Of a DNA stretch of 64,000 nucleotides, positions 41,347 to 64,000 are shown in pieces. Made by a program: the position numbers and the translations under genes. The DNA is from Amoebidium appalachense. Lineage: Eukaryota; Protista; Ichthyosporea. The notes under the pieces are model-generated. The model saw nothing but the letters and a program-made list of their open reading frames with translations. It had not been told where the DNA came from and made no database searches. Within the stretch, counting starts at the first letter, position 1, and every line of letters starts with the position of its first letter. The stretch lies in NCBI GenBank assembly GCA_963693365.1, contig CAVNZM010000003.1:3171106-3235105 (forward strand), in the 5' to 3' direction.

Positions 41347-41543
41347 CTGGTCACCTCCGGAGACACCTTTCAGCATTTCAGCCGCGTTGTGTGATCGCAC
41401 ACCGCCACATACCATCAGACGGGTAGGGGCATTTGATTGGTGGGCCATCTTGGCAAGATCTGTGCATGTGATTGGGTGTGTGAGAGGTAAATAGCGGGAA
41501 GTGTATGTATATATGCGCGCGTGCGTGTGTGTGTTTGTGTGGG

Positions 41544-41587
<44 letters not shown>

Positions 41588-42354
41588 GGGGGGGGGGGTC
41601 TCCTTTATAAATCCCGTGCAGAGTTCGAAAAGAAGCAGGGTACAAAAGAAGGGAAGGTGTATTAACAATCCTCCCCCCCCCCCCCCCCTCCCCCTCCCCC
41701 CCCCTCAATCACCACCAGCCCACCCAGCAGAAAAAAAATTCAAAGGGTAAAATTATGAGACTCCCGCACATATGATTTGCACTTGAACTCACTGCCCCAA
41801 TAATTCTGTGTGTGCGTGTGCGTGTGCGCGCCTATGTGGAATGAGTGATGGGTCAACTAACGTAGGCATCATTTGTGGTTTGTTTATTATAAGTGGCAGT
41901 ACAGTGCTTGCATTAGTCTTGAATGCATTTGCTGGACAACAGAGACAGAACACAAGGCAAAGGTACAGTCTCTGTATGTGGGGTAAGGAGAGGGAGAAGC
42001 CCCCCCCCCCCCCCCCCCCCCCCCCCTCCCCCCCCCCCCTCCCCTTCTGCTCGCACAAAAAAACAAAGAAGAAGAAGAAGGAGAGGTCACCCGTGAAATA
42101 TGCTGACAACAGACGCTTGAACAGAGCCCATCACTAGGGGACTCCTAAACACAAGCCGTATAGTGAGCAGGTTTACTCTTTAACCTATCCCGCTCTAATT
42201 TTTTTAATGGCAAAAGGCTAGCGACTCCGCCAACCACTAGCAGGCAGACGGACGTTTCTTGCTTCCTTCCTTCCTTTCTTTCTTCCTTTTCTTTCTTTTT
42301 TTCTTTCTTTTTTTTTTTTTTGTTGGTTGGTTGGTTGGTTGGTTGGTTGGTTGG

Positions 42355-42403
<49 letters not shown>

Positions 42404-42527
42404 CTTCACCATGTAGCAAGGGCAGGTTGTCCAGAGCGGATCTGCATGCCCCACTAGTCAGCACACGGTCAATGCCCAAAGATAGAAGCGTGCTGAATGC
42501 TTCCTGAAGATCCCGGGTCATATCTGT

Positions 42528-42591
<64 letters not shown>

Positions 42592-43643
42592 AAAAAGGGT
42601 GTGTTTGTTTAGAGGAGTGTTGGAGGATCGGTGGAGACGTGCATCTTCGAGCTTTTGCATGCCAAAAACCTGCGTATACTTGTGTAGGTGTTTGTATGGT
42701 TGAGTGTGAGAAATAAGTTGACCGGTGAGAAGGAGACCAACAAAAGCTTCATATTACATAAACTTCAGCATGAACTTCATTCCCAATCCCCCCCCCCCCC
42801 CCCCCCCCCCCCGCGCCTCCCAATGTCGCGAGCTGAATGCGATATAAGTTGCACCATGCTTGCATACCAAAAGCACGGTGGAATGTGACTAATAATTAAT
42901 AGCTTGCATCATACATTACAGAATGTGAATAAACACATGCACAGTGAAATGTGGCCAGTACTTAACAAACCAAACACAAAGTGGAATGCACATAACCTGC
43001 CAAATGCACGGTGGAATGCACCTAAAACAACAAAAAACACATCGGAATGTCCCTACCATATCATATGCAATCAGTGGAATGTGCATAACATACCGAATAC
43101 ACAGTGGAATGTGCCCAACATACCAAATGCACGGTGAAATGTGACAGGCAGGGGCCTAGCCGCCTCTATCAGTCTCCTCGTTCTTTCCTCATCCACCGTC
43201 CCATCGGCAAGCAGCACCCCAACCACTACCCCATCAGCACCCGCAGATTTGAGCTCTTGTATGTCTGATAACATAACCTGTGTGTGTGCAAGTGTATGTA
43301 TGCAGGGTTATTATGAGTGGGCAGGTGGGTGGAAGGGTGTATGGGGGCTAGTGCCACCAGAATTAGACTCGTTTTTGCTTTGCAGGAGAAGTGGTGGGGG
43401 CGAACAGGTGGGGGAGCGGGGGGGGGGGGGGGGGGGAGGGGGGGAGGGGGGGGGGGGGGGGGGGGAAGGCGGGGAAAGGGGACCGGCCCCGGGGGAAGAG
43501 GGGGGGGGGGGGGGGGGAGGGTGTTAGAATGTAGAGTACCGAGGTACACAGTCATAGCGGAAAACACCATGCATTAAACACAATGCAGAGTGCAACCCAC
43601 GTTTGAGTATGCATAATAAGCAAAGCCCATCCAAAGGGAGAGT

Positions 43644-43674
<31 letters not shown>

Positions 43675-44189
43675 AAGGTGAGGGGAAAGCTATGTCTATT
43701 TGTGGAGTAGATGTGTGTATATTTGTGTGTGCCAGTGGGGGGGGGGGGGGGGGGAGGGGGGTTATGTCTATTTGTGGAGGAGATGTGTGGGTGTGGGTGT
43801 GTGCCATTTGGGGGGGAGGGGGGTTTTATGTCTATTTGTGGAGGAGATGTATGTGTGTGTGCCGGTGGGGGAGGGGGGGGGGGGGGGGGGGGGGGTTGAG
43901 AGTAGCCGTGAGGAGATCAAGAGGTCAGGAAGAGGAAGAGGCCTGGCATATGAAAGGACAATGAGATCTGAGGGAAGGAAACAAAGGGGTTCGCAACGCT
44001 ATTGCTGTGGGGAAACATTGTCCATTTTTGGTCAATTTTTATACGCTGACCCCCCCAAAATAGGAAAAGCACGTTCCATACAGGGTCTACATAGTAAAGA
44101 TTAATCATGAACTAGATTGAGGCTCGAAGGATTTCTTTTGTGCTCGACAATCAAAGAAATTTCGAGATGAAAGATGAAAGCGCAGGGGG

Positions 44190-44220
<31 letters not shown>

Positions 44221-44683
44221 TTGAACAGAGAGCAACCCACGAATATAGATGTTGGCAGGAAATGAGCGGAACTTGCAGTGGAGATAGGAAGAATGTACTT
44301 TATTAAAATCACCTTCTACACGATGTGTTGCTTCTTTTTTGCTTTCTTTTTTTCCTTCTTCTTCTTCTTCCTCTTCTTCTTCTTCTCCTTTTTTTTTTTT
44401 TTTTTTTTTTTTTGGGGGGGGGGGGGGGGGGGTGGGGGAATAACAATACCTGGAATTCATCTTCCGAGTAGAGAAAGTCTCCTGCTCTGGGGCGGATGAT
44501 GGGAAAGACTTTGACCTTTTGGGTTCGTTTTTTCACCGTCTTGAGTAGGCCTGGAAAAAACCAGCATGTGTTAAAAGATGCTTGGCGCATGTAGAAAGAG
44601 CCCTTCGGCAGCAATAAGTTGTGGGATGAGACGCAAACACAAAACACCAAATCACCCAAAAAAAAAAAAAAAAAAAAAAAAAG

Positions 44684-44727
<44 letters not shown>

Positions 44728-45232
44728 AGTAAACGTGTGTGCCATATTACTGCCCATGGTGCTACAGATTGCCACCTTGTAGGAAGGTATGTGCAGATGT
44801 GGAGGCTCGGCATGTGCACGTCAAGCAATGGCTTCCTGCGCAATCAGCACAACACGTGGCTTACACGCCTCACAAATGCAAAAGACTTCAGCACCTATTA
44901 TACATCTGTTGGTCACGGTGGAAGAAGTGAAAGCCTGAATTGCCAAACACGTGCGATGAATGCCTTGGCGTCCTTGCAAACATGGTACTTGTGGTGCATT
45001 TGCCTTATTCAAGTTCGTATCCGGATCTATGCATAGCGTTGCAAAGCTGGAGCTAGACACAATAATTCGCAAAAACGCACACACAAGAACCCATAAATAC
45101 ATGTCGCTGTGTGCAAGTGCAGCTGTGCTTGCACACACACAAACTCGTGGATGCTTCAGACCAAGCAACCACATGTGAATGGGCGCACACAAGCACACAC
45201 ACACACACACACACACACACCACACACAAACA

Positions 45233-45310
<78 letters not shown>

Positions 45311-45799
45311 TAGGCCGAAGATCCAGAAACACACACACACACCTATTGAGGGTGTCAGTCCCCCCTCTGACAATGCGCTGCACAGCTCCACCCTGTCCGC
45401 ACCTGCGCTGCCCCAAACACCCTAGTGAACACCTGCACCCCCACTCTGTGATCCCACTATCATTCCATTCTCATGGTCGGGCTCAGTGGGTAAAAAAGGA
45501 AATCTACAAGGCTTAAATCATTGGGAGAGCGTGATGATGTTAGAACTTCTTATCAGGACAAACAACAGGGTGGATAAGTGAGTTAAGGGGGGGGGGGGGG
45601 GGGGAGGGGGGGAGGGGGGGGGGGAGGGGGGGGGGGGGGGCACGGGACGGCAGGGACATATAACAGTGGAGGGGAGGGAATGAGAAAAGGATCTGGTATG
45701 GGGAGGAGGTAAGGACGGGTCGGTATGTGTGCGTGTGTGTGTGGTTTGGTGCTAGCATTGGTCGTGTGACGACCGGGCGAATGTATGTGTGCGCGTGCA

Positions 45800-45841
<42 letters not shown>

Positions 45842-46042
45842 TTTTGGGGGGGAGGGGGGGGGGGAAGGGGGGGGGGGGGGGGGGGGGGGGGGGGAGGGGG
45901 GGGAGGGGGGAAGAAAAAAAAACAAGCGACAAAAAAAAGGGTTGGGCAGCAACAGCGGGCGGGATAAGGGCAGCATACCGCCCTCCTCAGCAGCTATGGC
46001 CGACGCCACGCTGTCAATGCACACTTCCAGCGTCACATGCAT
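40549..46042 (-). CDS. CUTC: copper homeostasis protein CutC; 7 exons
   Basis: [21 protein letters not shown]|[21 protein letters not shown]|...[15 protein letters not shown]|...[10 protein letters not shown]...VTFHRAF|DM...GIDRVLTSG|...[11 protein letters not shown]|...EVHSSG. The GT-AG junctions are in phase. Confidence 0.95.
42863..43146 (-). repeat. tandem array (~9 x ~30 bp) of a CutC exon end plus 5' splice site
   Basis: The unit cacatt(t/c)caccgtgcatttg|gtatgttggg is repeated with decay into the intron. Confidence 0.85.
43519..43637 (-). mobile_element. diverged 3' terminus of the element family
   Basis: The minus strand reads ggatgggctttgcttattatgcatactc...ttgcactctgcattgtgtt...tgtgtacctcggtactctacattctaa, then a C tract. 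Lies in a CutC intron. Confidence 0.65.
43690..43864. repeat. 3 x ~65-70 bp intronic tandem repeat
   Basis: tatgtctatttgtggag(t/g)agatgt...gtgtgtgcc followed by a G run, three times. Confidence 0.8.
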
Positions 46043-46608
46043 GCTGCCGTACTGCTGATGTCTGCCCTATAGTAGCTACACTTGCTGGGATCTACGAAAC
46101 TATTGTGAGTAACACTGAGTCTGTGAGCCCCCGGCTGGGCCCCTCGGAGCGGTTTTATCAGCAGCCTTATTCCCGAGGTTTGGTTCCGTTAGCCTGTTTT
46201 GGCAGCTACTTTATATGGCTACTGTTGTGCTGTTTGGATTCGATGCGAAAGATAATGGCATGTCAATGCAGCATTCCTAAGCTGAACGAAAACAAACAAA
46301 ACAAAGCAGTGTTTGAAACACACAGGGCCGTGCAGATGTGGTGGTGAAAAAACTGGTTGGTGTCGAGTGGTTTGAACAAGCGCTAGCTGCGTCAGGGACA
46401 TTGCAGGGCAGATACTCACCCTACACGGAACCATAGTTGGAAGGAAAGCGTCTAGTGCTTTTAGCTAGAAGAAAAGAAATAGTTCAACCACAAAACATTG
46501 CTTTAAATCATTGCTCCAGTCAACTTTCTTAACTTATATCTCACTCCATCTCCTTTGACCCACACCTGACACACTCATAGATCCGTAAGAAAAACAAAAA
46601 AAATCACA

Positions 46609-63459
<16,851 letters not shown>

Positions 63460-64000
63460 TAATGGCGTGAAAATGCTATTGGGCAGGTGCGCGCCCCTTA
63501 AACTGCCTGTAATGTGTTACACATCAAGAGTCTTTGTGTTTTTGAAATTAATTTATGCAGGGAAAATTGTTCCAAACAAGACTAGAGCTAATAAGCAAAA
63601 GGTATAAGGCAACCACGAAGCGCTGCTAAATGCAACAATAATGTGCTGCACATCGAGAGCCTGTGTGACGGATAGTGGTGTGTAAAAGAAAAGATGTTCC
63701 AAATCTAAACTGTTGGACTACATGTGCATACAGCTGATAGACTAAGCAGGTATGAAAAGACTGCAAAGTTCAACAAAAGTGGTTTTTGGTTAGCGCCGTC
63801 AAATTCCGGTGCATTTCAAGTTTATGTGCATTTTAATGTGCTGTGCAGGGTATTTCTTTCTTTTCTTTCTTTTTTTTTTTTTTTGCCCCCTTGTTTTAGG
63901 AACTGCAGGCTATTGAATGGCCGTAATAATCTCCCCTAGTAAGGCCGGTATACTAACTAATAAACTGCAACGATGATTTTGCGTGTGTGTGGACAGTTGC

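Noticed and set aside
42863-43146. CRISPR-like appearance of the 30-bp array (also 38415-38598)
   Set aside because: The units are contiguous and degenerate with no unique spacers, there are no cas genes, and the context is eukaryotic.

Overview
This is intron-rich eukaryotic genomic DNA. A unicellular holozoan such as an ichthyosporean is my inference from the gene set and the Chlamys-type retroelement, and it is not proven. Introns are saturated with (C)n/(G)n, (CA)n/(TG)n and (CT)n tracts, so nearly all Pro/Gly/His-Thr/Cys-Val ORFs in the track are spurious. Six spliced genes were reconstructed by hand: an SLC25 mitochondrial carrier (+), acetoacetyl-CoA synthetase (-), replication factor C subunit RFC2 (-), an F-box/LRR protein (+), CutC (-) and a secreted DUF6259-like putative glycoside hydrolase (+). 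The most notable system is a 5'-truncated Penelope-like (Naiad/Chlamys-type) reverse transcriptase at 53071-54336, inserted at a poly-C tract inside an intron and followed by long, strongly base-paired non-coding RNA modules. The terminal ~830-bp module recurs three more times with a fixed 3' end, variable 5' truncation and poly-C flanks. Six diverged relatives of its 3' terminus are also present. All ten copies lie in introns, sense to the host gene. Other signals are G/GT-rich 5' versus C/CA-rich 3' intron ends, tandem arrays built from splice sites, an inverted exon duplicate, and a DHFR-type E2F plus CCAAT promoter at RFC2.
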